Part shown: one piece after another, positions 27,801 through 41,400 of the stretch
Position numbering within the stretch: the stretch's first letter is position 1
How the letters are laid out: each line of letters opens with the position of its first letter
NCBI GenBank assembly: GCA_964035545.1
Contig: OZ037766.1
Span: 10,654,722 to 10,718,721 of the forward strand
Length of the DNA stretch: 64,000 nucleotides
Reading direction: 5' to 3'
From: Bugula neritina
Taxonomy: Eukaryota > Animalia > Bryozoa
Program-made: the position numbers and the translations under genes
The notes under the pieces: generated by a model
Database searches by the model: none
Seen by the model: the letters and a program-made list of their open reading frames with translations, nothing else
What the model was told of the DNA's origin: nothing

Positions 27801-30800
27801 CCCAACAAAAACTTGAATGGAAAAATAAATACTAAAAGTGTGTTCTCAATCATTGCCTAACAAATATTTTTTATTGTAGCCAATAATTTTATTTTAAAGT
27901 AAATTCCAAACAAAAAAGGAGTCTCCATGAAGCTTTCTGATCTACTAACCTAGTGTGTCGGCCTCGTCCAAATGATGTGTGCAGAGTATGATAGTCCTGT
28001 TGGCTCTGTGTTTGAGTATCACATCCCAGATCACTCTTCTACCGTGAGGGTCAATAGAGGAAGTGGGTTCATCCAGTATAATAACCTTAGAGTCACCAAT
28101 AAATGCCATGGCTACGGAGACACGTCTACGCATGCCTCCCGACAACGTCCCAACAAGTTCATCTCGCATATTAGATAGTCCCATACTCTTTAGCATTCTA
28201 ATAAAAATAATTATGTTATATTTAATATTTAATTTTAATCAACTTATAATACATTATGCTATATGCAGACAATGCGGGTCATCAGGTAACTATTTAATGA
28301 TTTAATTATTAATAATAACTTATTATTGAAAATTTCAAATGTTGAGTGACTCACTCTTCAACATCAGATTCAATGACATCTCTCGGTTCAGAGCTTTTCA
28401 AGGATGCAAACAAGTCAAGGTGCTCCTTCACAGTCATGCTAAAAATAAACACAAAGTTTAAATGCCGCAGCTACAAGTGCAAAAGTACAAGAACTAGAAA
28501 ATAAACGAAAATACAAACATGGAGAAGAGATTATAAGTGTTATTATATTGTGACTTACAAATCAAACAACATGTCAAACTGGGGACACAATCCAAGATTC
28601 TGTCTAATGTTCTTAATGCCTGCACTGTTTACATTCATTCCGATAACCTCAGCAGCCCCACTGGTTGGTGACAACATTCCAGTCAAGATGTTTCTAGAAG
28701 AAAGAGAATATACCAAACGTTAAAATATACAAAATTATTAGTGATAAATGCTGTTTCTGGTATGTAGAGTATCGTTTAGAATTAAAATCATTATTTCAAG
28801 GTACAATTACAGGAAGGATGATTTTTTATATGGGTAAATTCATGTGTTGAAACAATATAATTGATTGTGGTAATTTATTGACTATACAGTTCATGTTGAA
28901 GATTTTAGAAATATACTAAAAAATAGTATAAAATTACTGTCAAGACTGCACTAAAGTTAACAATTCAAAAATATACTATATTAACTCACATGGTGGTAGT
29001 TTTTCCTGCACCATTTCTACCAAGGAAGGCTGTAACCTGACCCTCATAGAAGTCTAGACTGAGATCATCAATGGCTATCTTGCCATTTCTGTAGACTTTA
29101 CGTAGCTTGTTTACAGAAATTCCAACTGGTAACCCTTCTGCAACACAAAATTACAATTTGCAGCAGGACTTAGTCTCGAGTTTCACAAGATTGAGAAAGT
29201 GAAAAAGAAAGAGTTGGAAAATCAACATTTATGAAATGAGTTTGAAATTTTTTCATAGAAACGGGCAAAACCTACCATTCCATTTAGCTACTTATCATCT
29301 CCTAACTTGAATATATATTTTCTGTAAAAATGGTTGCATTGATTCATTTGGAGTCCTTCGCATTCGTCAAACAAATTTAGTCAACTGAGTATTTTGCAAA
29401 CTTTTTGCGCTGGTTAACACAATTTTTACTTACTGGAGTTCGTTAGTTCCATTTTCATCCATTTAAATATTTTATCAAATTAACGTTTTACTAAACTAAA
29501 CTATCCCGTAACAGAGCTTGAAACATAAACACTCAACTGTGAAATATTTTGATTTTTTTTATCTGTATGCTAATCTCATAATATGAATACAGGTGACAGT
29601 AAGTTTCAGACTGGCCAATTAGCCATGACATATCACTGAATGAGATGCAGCTATGCTACTACATTATTCACATAAGCAAATTGATTTTCCCTAGTTTACT
29701 CACTCACTCACTCTTACAAAACATAATTTTAGAATCAAGTAACCCGTAAATGTAGCTTCGAAAGAAAAGATATGAACAGAAGTTGAACACCCAACAATGA
29801 ATAATATTAAAAAGTTATCAGGGAAAGAAGCAGATAAGAAATGTGTTTATAATGTTTCAACAAGAAAAGCTACCAATCTTTTAGGTTATGCTGAAAGTAG
29901 TGGGTAAAAATATGAAATTTTTTATTAGGCATCCAATGCCCACAGCTTACTACTCTTCCAGTATGACTTACCACCAGTTAACCATGTGGCTGTTTGATAT
30001 ACACGCGAATCAGACTGAAAGTCTTTTGACAACCAGTTAGACTGGTTGTTAAGACTTCTAGCTGATAAAGTGCTAGATGAGGGTGAGGTATTTGTTGTTC
30101 CTAGAATTCAGTTAAGTCACATGTGAATTACCAGCAGCTACAGCTGGATGCATTTTCATGTTTGTACTTGGTTAGTATTTGAAGTGTTTAATACTCTATT
30201 GAGCATTAGATAATGAATATGCCTCAATTGGATTGAATTTTAAAACGAAAACATTTTCACCTATCAGTCTACAAAGATTTGCTTGTTAGCTAAGAAATTT
30301 TGAAATATTTATAACACTTAGATAGCCTAAATTATCTAAAAATAGATAGTAATATAAATAAAAGAAACCTTTGTTTGAGTGCTTATATTTGGAGTTGCTG
30401 TTCCTTGCACCATCACCTCCAAATCCCCAGTAGCTTTTGGTGAAGGGGAAATACAGTGGCAATCTGTATCCAAACTTTCCTGCAAATTCATAACTAAAAG
30501 TTGTAAATATGCTTTCACTACACAATTCACAAACATGTTGAACAAAAATATATCATCACATGCACAATATTATATTTTACATTGTAAGTATAATATGATA
30601 CATTTATAATATATTAAGAATATATCATATTGCTTTTCTTATAAGTACTTAGCAACAGAACCAATAAAGGTAATGGTGTATTATAAATTGCTTACCTGGC
30701 ATTACGTTTCTGACATACCATCCAATGACAAAATAGATAACAGAATCTATTATCATCCATATGAACATCCAATGAACAGAGAGCTCGGCTTCTTCATTAT

Positions 30801-33510
30801 AACCTGGTGCTTTACGAATATTATGCCACTGTATGCCTTCACCCATCTGCTCCCATCTGGAGATGTATGTGGCACCAATAGCAAAGGCGGTGGTGGATAG
30901 CAGCGACTATAACCACACAGAAGGTGATGGAGATAGGTATTACATAATTATATGCTATTACAGTAATAGTACATATCATCTGTTCAGAATAAGTGAACTA
31001 AAATGATTTATGCCTAATCTTGTAAACTTGTAAATTTTAACTAAATCTTCAAATTTGTAACAACCTTGATTTAACAACCATGTAATCAGCACTGCTGTTT
31101 CATTTGAAAAATTTTAAAAAATGTTTTTCTTAACAGTTCAAGCAACTTAACTCACACTGTTTTAAAATTTTTGAAAGACTTTAAAAGAAATTAGCAATTT
31201 TTTATAGGAGAGACCTTGGTTAAGCTAAAAAGTACATAAATACAATATATATTAAGTATGGTGTACACCCTGTGATGGTTTGACAACTCCTCATTTATTT
31301 ACTAGCCATATCTCGTTACATGTAAAGGCTTACAACATTGCATGTCTAACAGCACATAATATAAACTATGTACTCACAGACACATGGTATGCTGAGGCTG
31401 TGAAATCTTCTCTAAACTGAGTGTAGATGATGTATGGGAAGTAGCTGATGATGAATACCATCACTCCAATAGCAGACGCCACATTAGCTTTCGTGAAGAA
31501 TGAGCCAACCATGTAACTAAAGCACACAGCAAATGTGAAATACGTGTATCACCCATGTTTAAACTTTAAATTCTAACAAGTTCAAATTCTGTAGCATAAG
31601 AAAATATCAAACTTTAAATTTTAACAAGTTCGAATTTTGCACTATAAGAATATATTAAACTTTAAATTCTTCGTAGTACAAGAATATATCTTTTTAACCT
31701 ACATTTAACATATCAAACCATAATTGCGGCATACATATTAAAATCAAGTCTTACTGTAGTAAATTATAAAAAGCTATAAAGTCACTAGTAATACATAGAT
31801 TTTATAGCCACAATCTAAAAAATAATACAGCCCCTTCTCCCCCACCGTGTCGCACAGAAAGCTGAAGAGATTATCTAGACATAATATACACTCACCAGAA
31901 CATGGTGGTGGAAAGAGAGAAGGTCATGAGATACAGGAAGACAATGATTCCATCAGACAACATAAGTACTTCCCCAACCATTATGAAGATGGTTGATATG
32001 ACTGAGAGAAGAGTCATCCCGAGCATTGTGTTGGTAAACCAGGAGGTCCATATTACTCCTGACTTCAGACCCATCACTTTCATCAACTAAAATATTATAT
32101 CAAATTTTAGTAAACTAAATATAGTCTAATCAATTTTCATTAGTTTGGTATTACCAATCAACTGTAAGATGTATCATAACATTACTGTAGTTAGATTAGA
32201 TTCAATACAGTGATCCCTCCATATCTCACTAAGCTGCGGGTCCCAAAACCTCGATTCGTGACATAGTAGAAAACCAGATTTAACACGCAGAACTGCTAAA
32301 TTCGGCCATTTTGCCCTTATACACACATACATAACCTATGAAACGTGATCCAAGCACTTCTCAGGACCCATAGAATTTCGTGAGAACTGGAACCGTGAAA
32401 TATGAAGGAAACACTATGGTTATAGTAAATGTATGCGGCCATTGAAGTAAATACATAACACGCAATAAGTTCTCTCACTTCTTCAAGTCCAGTCTCTCTG
32501 TAAGCAGTAAGAGACTTGATGCAGTGAGCGACGGAGAACAGCCATGACAGGGCCATCACCAGAGGTACGATGTAAGGGTAGACATATCCCATGAATGTAT
32601 CCGATTTATAGCAAGTGGCGGGCATTTGCTGCAGCTCTGCAGGAGTCTGTGTGATGGAGTTGTTGCCGGCGTGAAGTTTGATGATAGCCCGGTCAACCAT
32701 TTCCTGTATCTGAATGAAGCCTCTCAAGTATCGCATGTCGCTGAGTATGTTGTCTCGGGGAGCAGCTGAATAATACCTTCAACACAAGCGATTCACTAGT
32801 ACCAGCAACAAATTCAAACTGTTACATTTAGTGCAAAATCAAGCTGTCATAAGTGCTTCAAAAACCAGAGTATAAAAATACAATTATATTTCGTTATTTA
32901 CAAACATCTTAACAGTTTGATGCTTTCTATTGCCTTAAAAGAAATTCAAGTCAAGGCACTATGAGAGCAAAAAATGTTGTTTGAAGCATATTAAAGCTTA
33001 CATTTCCTGAAGCTCCATAGTGGACTCCACATTGTCAATGTCCATCCTGATTTTATATTCTATGTGCTTAGGTAGGCTGAGATTGTCAACAGAGCGCTTG
33101 TTTCTTGACTGACCTACATTAGTAAAGACTATTCCCGCAATAAACTCTCCCTTCTTATATAGCCTATCAGCTTCCTCTTCTAAATCAGCTTCTGAGTCAA
33201 TACCAACATATCTGCAAATATATAGCAGCACCAGTAAGTATACTTACAATGACTCCAATAAAAATTGTTATATTTTCTTTTAGTCATATTACATTTATTA
33301 TTCAGTATAGCTCACCTGTCCAGACTGATACAGTCGGCATAATCAGCGGCCATTGAAAGAGATGACATCAACATTTGGTTCTGTGGGGCAAGCAGAAGGT
33401 CCAGCATTTCTGATAGTGCCGATATATTTAGGTCACTTTTCAGCAAGGTTCTGATCAAAGCTGGGTCAGCATTTTTAAAGCTAGAAAGGCTTTTCTGTAA
33501 TATATATATC

Positions 33511-33556
<46 letters not shown>

Positions 33557-33557
33557 T

Positions 33558-33588
<31 letters not shown>

Positions 33589-33597
33589 CATAATTAC

Positions 33598-33633
<36 letters not shown>

Positions 33634-36600
33634 AATTATATACACATACATGGATATAAATAACACACTTACATACTCTCTTTGACTAATATTTGACAGC
33701 TTCAGACACGCATGATAAAATACCAAAATCAATACCAAAATGAGCATAACATTCTAACTAATAAATGAGAGGCCAGAATTACTGCAACTAGCTACAGGGA
33801 CGCAGAAACTTCATATAAAATTTCACGATATTTAATTTTGAGCGCAAGTTGTTATTTACATGAGAGCATAACTTCTTTTTATATATCTTTTGATTAACAT
33901 GACATAATTTTTGCAACTCTGCAAAACTGCTCTCTACATATTGACCACAGCTTATAATACGCTTACAGTGATAAAACTAGATATAATACAACTAAACTAA
34001 GAATAAGCAAGAATCGTGCATCATTCATTGAGATAGAATATTACAGAGCATTGAGCAAAGGAATTGACACTCAACAGCATGTAAGAGCCATGAGGAGAGA
34101 CTAAAACATTTATTATGTTTAGCAGGAGAGGACGCATATACCTTGGTTTGCATTCTCATATGCTGTTAAATAGTGAGACTAAATGGTTAGTATATGGGAA
34201 CTTACATAACACCTATAGTAGACCTCTACACATGCACCTTATAAATTTTCTATCACATATTCATATTAGTATCATCCCATAAATACATAATATGAAGACA
34301 CTTGAGCTGTATAGTTGTAAAGTTTCAATATATCAGACGATGATGGATCTTACAAGAATATCTGTATAATATTATTTATATAAGATATTCTATTCCAATG
34401 AACATAGCAGAAGGTTGAACAATGCAACACCAACAGTATGTGTCAGACAGTGTGTGTCAGACAGTATCATGTGTCAGACAGTATCATGTGTCAGACAGTA
34501 TGTGTCAAACAGTGTGTGTCAGACAGTATGTGTCAGACAGTATGTGTCAGACAGTATTTGTCAGACAGTATGTGTCAGACAGTATGTGTCAGACAGTATG
34601 TGTCAAACAGTATCATGTGTCAGACAACCCTTCTCAAGTCAGTCAACTCAAAGACAGGAGCCATTAGTTAAAGAGCTGGGACAGGTTAACATGCAACTGT
34701 TCCCTAACGGAATATACATAGTAATGCTACCAGTCATACCTGTGGATTCGGCTGGAAACACAAGCAGATGATGATTGCAAATAATAAAGTAAAATTAAAA
34801 CCATGTTAGAGAAAATGTTAACATTCAATGCAGCAATCCTGTTAGCATAAGGGCAGAATTCATCAACAACATGTTGTATGTATGAATGCATTGTCAACTG
34901 CAAACAGTGTGTACGTCATTTATACCAAATGAATATTGTAATGTCGCTTTAAAGCAATAATTTAAGATTCGAATGTATAAAAGCGTACAGTTATTTCACA
35001 CACAATGCTTACTTGAAGCTTTTTAAGCTGCATAGTTTCGGCTTTATTTCCCATGAGCGCCTTTTGAGTCTTGACAAAAAGTTTGACAGTGTTTAAAATA
35101 GTAGCCATGTCATCAAATGAGGAATTGGCATTTCTCACAATCTCTTTGGCCATGTCAGTGTTTGGTGTAAACAGTATCTTTCCTACTAGCAGCGGCTTCA
35201 GGTATTTCCAAAGTATTTTCCCTCCTTTTTGCTTAAACATAGTTTTCCTGATGTCATCACAGTGATCTAAATACAATTTGAAGAATATCAATAAAGTGGA
35301 GAGATTAAAATAATAATGAAGCAGAATGAGTCAAGTGAGGTTTTTGTTTAAAGCATTCACATCCGATTACTGACTACCAACTTTAAACTTGAGTATATAT
35401 CAACATAAATATTTTATGCCCCAATAACATGATATTATAGAATGATGAATTGCAAAATGTATTAGTTTTTTATTAGTGTGTTCAAGAATACATTCATGTA
35501 CATCCATAGTAGCACACCTAAAAACATAACCTCCATTACAATAATATCTCTATACCTTTGGATGGGTTTTCCAGCTCACTTTGAAGATGATGTGGCAATC
35601 AAAATTTAGTTTAATTATTTCTATATTATAATAAAAACGTTTCTTATGTTATTGGTAATAGGACTTCAGCCATAATATAAACTTACATTAGTAAGCAACT
35701 AAAGAAAAGCTTTATAGCAATACTATACAGTGACTAGCAGCAAATCTGATGACCCATTCCTGACTTACTAATAGGGTTGTGCACAGGTCCATGGAAGTAG
35801 TCTGGGTCATCTACGCCGCTGGCATCAATAGCGGCAGCATTGATATCCCCAAAGTCCACATCTGAAATAGCCTCTTGTTCAGCTTCGTACCCACTTAACT
35901 CGCTGCCACACACGATGCTTGAGAAAGATGATGGAGAAACGGCACCTGGAGTAGCGACAATTCAATTAAATTTTTAATTTTTCATCCAATTTTATCAATA
36001 AAGATAATATTAAACGCAAGATTATTAATCACGCACAAGTATAAAAATTGGTTAAGTCAACAACACAAATAACCATTGCATATGTGTAAATAAGCCAACA
36101 CTGGACATATGAACAGTATTTTAAAAACTGATATAATATATATATAAACTAATAAATAAATATAACACCTTATTCTACTAAGGCAGCTTTTAACAGTTCA
36201 TTTCAGATCTTAAGTCAAATAACAATCGTAATAGAAGTTGTATTACCTATTTGAGCAGAACCAGTGAGTCTAGCTGTTGATGGCAGAGTTAGAATTTCTG
36301 TAGCCTTAGAGATTTCTTTAGTAGTCACAGCCAGTTCGTCTTGAAGCGGGGTTAGATAGATTGCAACTTCTTGCAGCTCCGCAGTATTTATGCCAAACTT
36401 TTGGTTAATGAACTAATTGATAAATAAAAACCATGATAAGTAACTAACAAGTAAGTTCAACAAGACTGCTTCAAACTACACTAAAAGACATGCTTGGTAA
36501 TTATTAATTATTTTTCACTTTTAAACTTGCAGCAAAAAACGAACTGTAATAGTCAAGTTAACTGAGGCTTTAGAATGAAATTAAAATAGCTTCATCTATT

Positions 36601-38459
36601 AAAATGTAACACATTGAGCATTTCATAGAAACAGAAACATATAATTATCACTTATAAAGAAACTCATGCTGAATATCAAGGCAAATGAATGAAACTTACA
36701 TTAACAATCAAGTCGGAAACATCGAGGCTCTTCATAATAGCTAATGAGATATTCAATGATGTCTCCAGATCAACGGCACAGAGGGCCTTGCTAACTTCAC
36801 TATAAGATAGACTAGAACTCTTTGGCAGTGAAAGGAGGTATTTAATTTGTTCCGGGTCACACAACTGGCTCTGTATGTCTAATGCAGTAACTGTGGCAAA
36901 CTAAAACATAAAACCATATTTGTTCAATATCTACTTTATAAAAAACACCATGACTATAACAACAACATGGTTTATTTATCAAATTGAAAACTTTTATGCA
37001 TTAATGTTTAGTTAAAGTTAAAAAAGTTCCTATTATAAAATATCTGGTTGCTTATTCCATATCTTTGATTGCTAATGATTCCAAGAAATCGCAGACAAGC
37101 TAACATTTAGTTGAAAGAAATTGTATTCTAAACACACTGTGTGACTGATGTATTTATCTGTGCATAACTTGTAAACTTCTGAACCAACTTTGTAAAGTGC
37201 TACACAATTCAAGGAGATTTACACACGAGAAAGACTAATAAATTTACCATGGATGTGGTGAAATTGGCATTGAGTACATCTTGTGCATCTTTGGAGCTCA
37301 AGCCAACATCTTTAACTAACAGAGTCTCTAAGGCAGAAGTATCTACCAGAACCTGAAAAAATACATGAAAATACAGATAAACCAAAATAAATATGTAGAA
37401 AATAGTCTAATAAAATTGAAAATAAATAAACAAGAAACATCCTTTTTGTTTATTACTCTATCTAAATAAATGAAGTGAAATTTTATTTCGGATACCACTG
37501 AAGCCATCTTTAGATTTAATCAACTCTGAAGATAGATACAGTGGTATTCGAAATATAAGTTTACTTCATTTATTTAGATAAATCAAGTAGCAACACAATT
37601 TTTCTACGTTTATTTTTTTAATGAAGTTAGTACCCGTAATGATTTATTTAATCTAAAAAAGTCACAATGCTAGAATTTTTTCGAAGTTTGAATAAACAGC
37701 GAAATTATAAATATAATATAATATACTAACTGATTTCAAAGGAATATCTACAACCACACTTCTGCGTAGTGAATCCAGACTGCCCACACCTCTGACCAGT
37801 GTACGCAAATCATCGAATATGACTGCCAAATCTGTGTCATTTGTTGCACTAATAATTCTGGTCTCTAGTAGATCGACTATCTCTATTAAACTGTAAAAAT
37901 TCACTTAAAAGTAAACTCCAACCAAGACAACATATGTATTGTAAACAGCTTGGTGCACATGAACACATTTGTAAATAATGTAATTAAAAAAGTGTTTATG
38001 ACATTGAGCTATGAATTTTATTTTTAGCAAGAAAGTTGGCATATTTTGCAACTGTTGATTTACTTGCAATATAAAACCAAATTCCTACCTGTCCACAATG
38101 ACATCTAAATGAACTTCAGAGTTTATAGCTTTCTGGACAAGAGGGAGAAGCTTTCGAATTGAGGACACATCAAGGTCAACAAACATAGACAGTAGATCAG
38201 AAAGGTTAGCCAGCTTAGCTATTTCTCCCATGATGGCTGCAACATTGTCTGTTAACTTGTTTATGAAATCTTCAATATTTCTAGTAGATGCCTAAAACAC
38301 AAGCAATGAATTTGGTGTCAACAAAACAAAAACATGTCGTAACAGTAATTGATTAAAAGGATTAAACAAAGTTAACTTTAGATATCAATATCCGACCACC
38401 TTTTTCCAAACTCCAATATTCACTCAGTAAAAAGAATATGCATTGCTAAACACACACGC

Positions 38460-38494
<35 letters not shown>

Positions 38495-41400
38495 AACACA
38501 GACATATACACATGCGCTCGCACAATCACACATGCGATCACACATACATACACACATACCCGAACGCACACACAGACACAATATGAGGTAATCTGAAAAG
38601 TCCAAGATTCACAATTACCAGAAGATCCACCATTGTATTGTTAAGGTTGTCAGCAATACCCTGAAGCAGTCTGGCCAGAGCAGGTCTGTTGATACAAAGT
38701 GCATGTCTCACATTCTCCACATACACCAAGTCTTGCTGAATCATGTCCTTCAAGTAGTCCGAGTCACACACCAACTGCTCTGCTTCTAACAAATATAATG
38801 TAATACGTTGACTTTCTAAAACTTACAGACTTTACAAAGACAATGGTCCCAACCAACACTATAGTTTTAATTTGTTCGATTATTTAAAATAATCAACACT
38901 GGAATAAATCGAGGCAGCTGACCGGAATTTTGCGTGACCAGAGAGTTCCAAAGAGACTCAAGGTCCTCATTTACAAGACAGTAATAAAACCGGTGCTATT
39001 ATACGGGGTGGAAACATGGCCAGTGACTGCTTACCTTGCGAAGAGAGTGAGCGTATGCGAAATGAGAATGCTACGCTACTGCCTAGGAATTACTCTTGAA
39101 GAGCACAAGACCAACGAAAGTATTAGGCAAGAAACGAAAGTAATGAATGTGTTAGAACTGATGAGAAAAAGAAGGCTACAGTGGTTTGGACATATATGCA
39201 GAAGAGAGAAAGAGGATGATATCAAAAGAGTGCATGAGTTGAAGGTTGCAGGAAAGAGAAACCGGGAACGCCCAAAGCACAGATGGCATGATACTGTCAG
39301 AAAAGACCTCCAATCCTGTTCCTCAACGGGGAGGTCGCTCATGACAGGGTTAGGTGGAGAAGCCTAATTTAGCTAGGCCTCCGGCAGCCACCCGCTACCC
39401 GAACAAGACAAAGCGAAAATAAGTGAGAATAGGTGAGAATTTAAAATAATTAACAAACTAATTCATGAACCCCCAAATATTTCTGGCAAATAATACTAGC
39501 AGCTTAAACTCCTATATAGCTAATAGGTAATTAGCAACAAGTATATGACTAAGATAATGTAGAAATATTTGAAAGGTGAATAAGAAAAAAGCAAATGCTT
39601 TACAGAAAAAAGTATTAAAAATTTCATCAGCAAAAGATTTTTCAAATGATTACAATAAATAAAATATATTTAACAACCCCTTACAAGCGGTACAGCTAAA
39701 ACACTTGTTTTAATATTGTTTAATCATTATTTTGTTATAGAAAGCATATAATATGTATATATTATATATTGATTGATAGCAAATGGCGTTGTTTTAAAAA
39801 TCATTATTACTGAATGCATTTTTTTTCTCTCCAACCTAACCTAATAAGTTGCAGTACCTGGCATTGTTTTGTTGAGAAGTGAAAGAAGTTCATCTACTTT
39901 ATAGAAAGACTTGAGGAATTTTTCTGTAGAAATAGATGAATTGGTGCTGAAAATTTCATTCAGCACTTGCATAATAGCTGTCTGGTTTACAATAGCTTCA
40001 AGTCTGGTCACTTGTACCTAAAATAGTATTACAACTATTACAATACAATACAATATCACAACATGAGTGTTATACAATATTATGAGTATTAAAACACTAG
40101 GGTTACGATTTGAATCACAATATGAATAACATAGCACTTATTTCATGCTCACCTGTCCAAGCAATGAAGCTATGATATCATCTAGAAGAGGGCGAATTGG
40201 TTCAAGCCATTTCAAACTTTGCAGCACCTCAGAATTCAAGAGATCACGAATTCCGTTCACGAGTCCCGTGTATGAGCTGAGCTCACTCAACAGCGTGATG
40301 TTTTCTGTCTGCAGTTTTCTGATGCACACTTCAAAACTCCCATTCATAGCATCAACAATTAAATTTTGAATTTTCTGTTGTGGCAACATGGAATCTCGTA
40401 TCATTGCGCTACATTTAAATGGAGTGGCGGTGAGATAGTCAGCATCGTTTATTTTGACAATCTTATCTATGATGGTGAGTAAGTCGGAGTCTAGAGCATT
40501 ATTCAGCAAAGTTGACATGTTCAAAGATGGAAGTTCACAAAGGAAGTCGTCGAGTCCATCTACCGCAGTAGCTATTTCTGCCATAATAGAGTTCACAGTT
40601 TGCATCTGAACTAGGAAAGGTTCAACTGTTTTAAACTCAGGAACTTCATCAATCAGACTGACGAGAGCGTCACACATACCCCCGACATTGTTTGCAGATG
40701 GATCAAGCACAGTGTTTACAGTCGTCAATGCCATATTAAAGTAAGACGAAACTTCCGGCATGTTTTTATTGAATGCTTCCATCAATCTAGTAATTACATG
40801 AGCATTGCTGAGGAGTCTTTCAAACTGTTTTAGCATTGTTCTAAACGGACTTTCGGTCAGCTGCTGGGTGGGTTGTTGAGTTCCAGTAAGAAGACTAAGT
40901 TCAGAGGCTAACATTTGCATATCAAACATCTGCCAAACCTTCTGCAGTACAAATGAGTCATTTAGTGAAGCTTCACACAAGTCCGTTTGTAAAGTTGCAA
41001 CGTCAGTACCAGTTGGGAACAGGAAGCTCTTGCTGAAGACTGCAGGATCACAGAACACAGCTTCGGGGTCAGAGGTCAGTACCTCAACCAGCTGAGCTGG
41101 CTGTAGAGCAGCGGTGAGAAACTCGGCAGCTGATTCGGGACTTATTGCTAATTTTAGCAGTTCCTCCACCTAAGAGAGTTACAGGAATATCATTATACCA
41201 TTGGTAGTATCTGCTTATAAATAAATATGAGTTTAGCTAATATCACAGTAGCTAATCCTCACAACATCAGATGATGTAACTGAGTTCATAACACATATAG
41301 TTTTACGTTTTAGACACAAATGTCAACGGAAACCAACATTGTAATCATAATTTACACATATTGTATTATTACAATTATTACACATGATACAAAAATGACA

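Noticed and set aside
33481-33747. YI-repeat ORF (likewise the VC-repeat ORF 38420-38605 and ORF 15577-15786)
   Set aside because: Translations of TA/CA microsatellites or an AT-rich palindrome.
34433-34626. CRISPR-like array or other prokaryotic system
   Set aside because: No unique spacers and no cas genes; the window is spliceosomal-intron eukaryotic DNA.
34415-34771. Three overlapping Cys-rich ORFs ([14 protein letters not shown] repeats)
   Set aside because: Translation artefact of an intronic minisatellite; open in all frames with no gene context.
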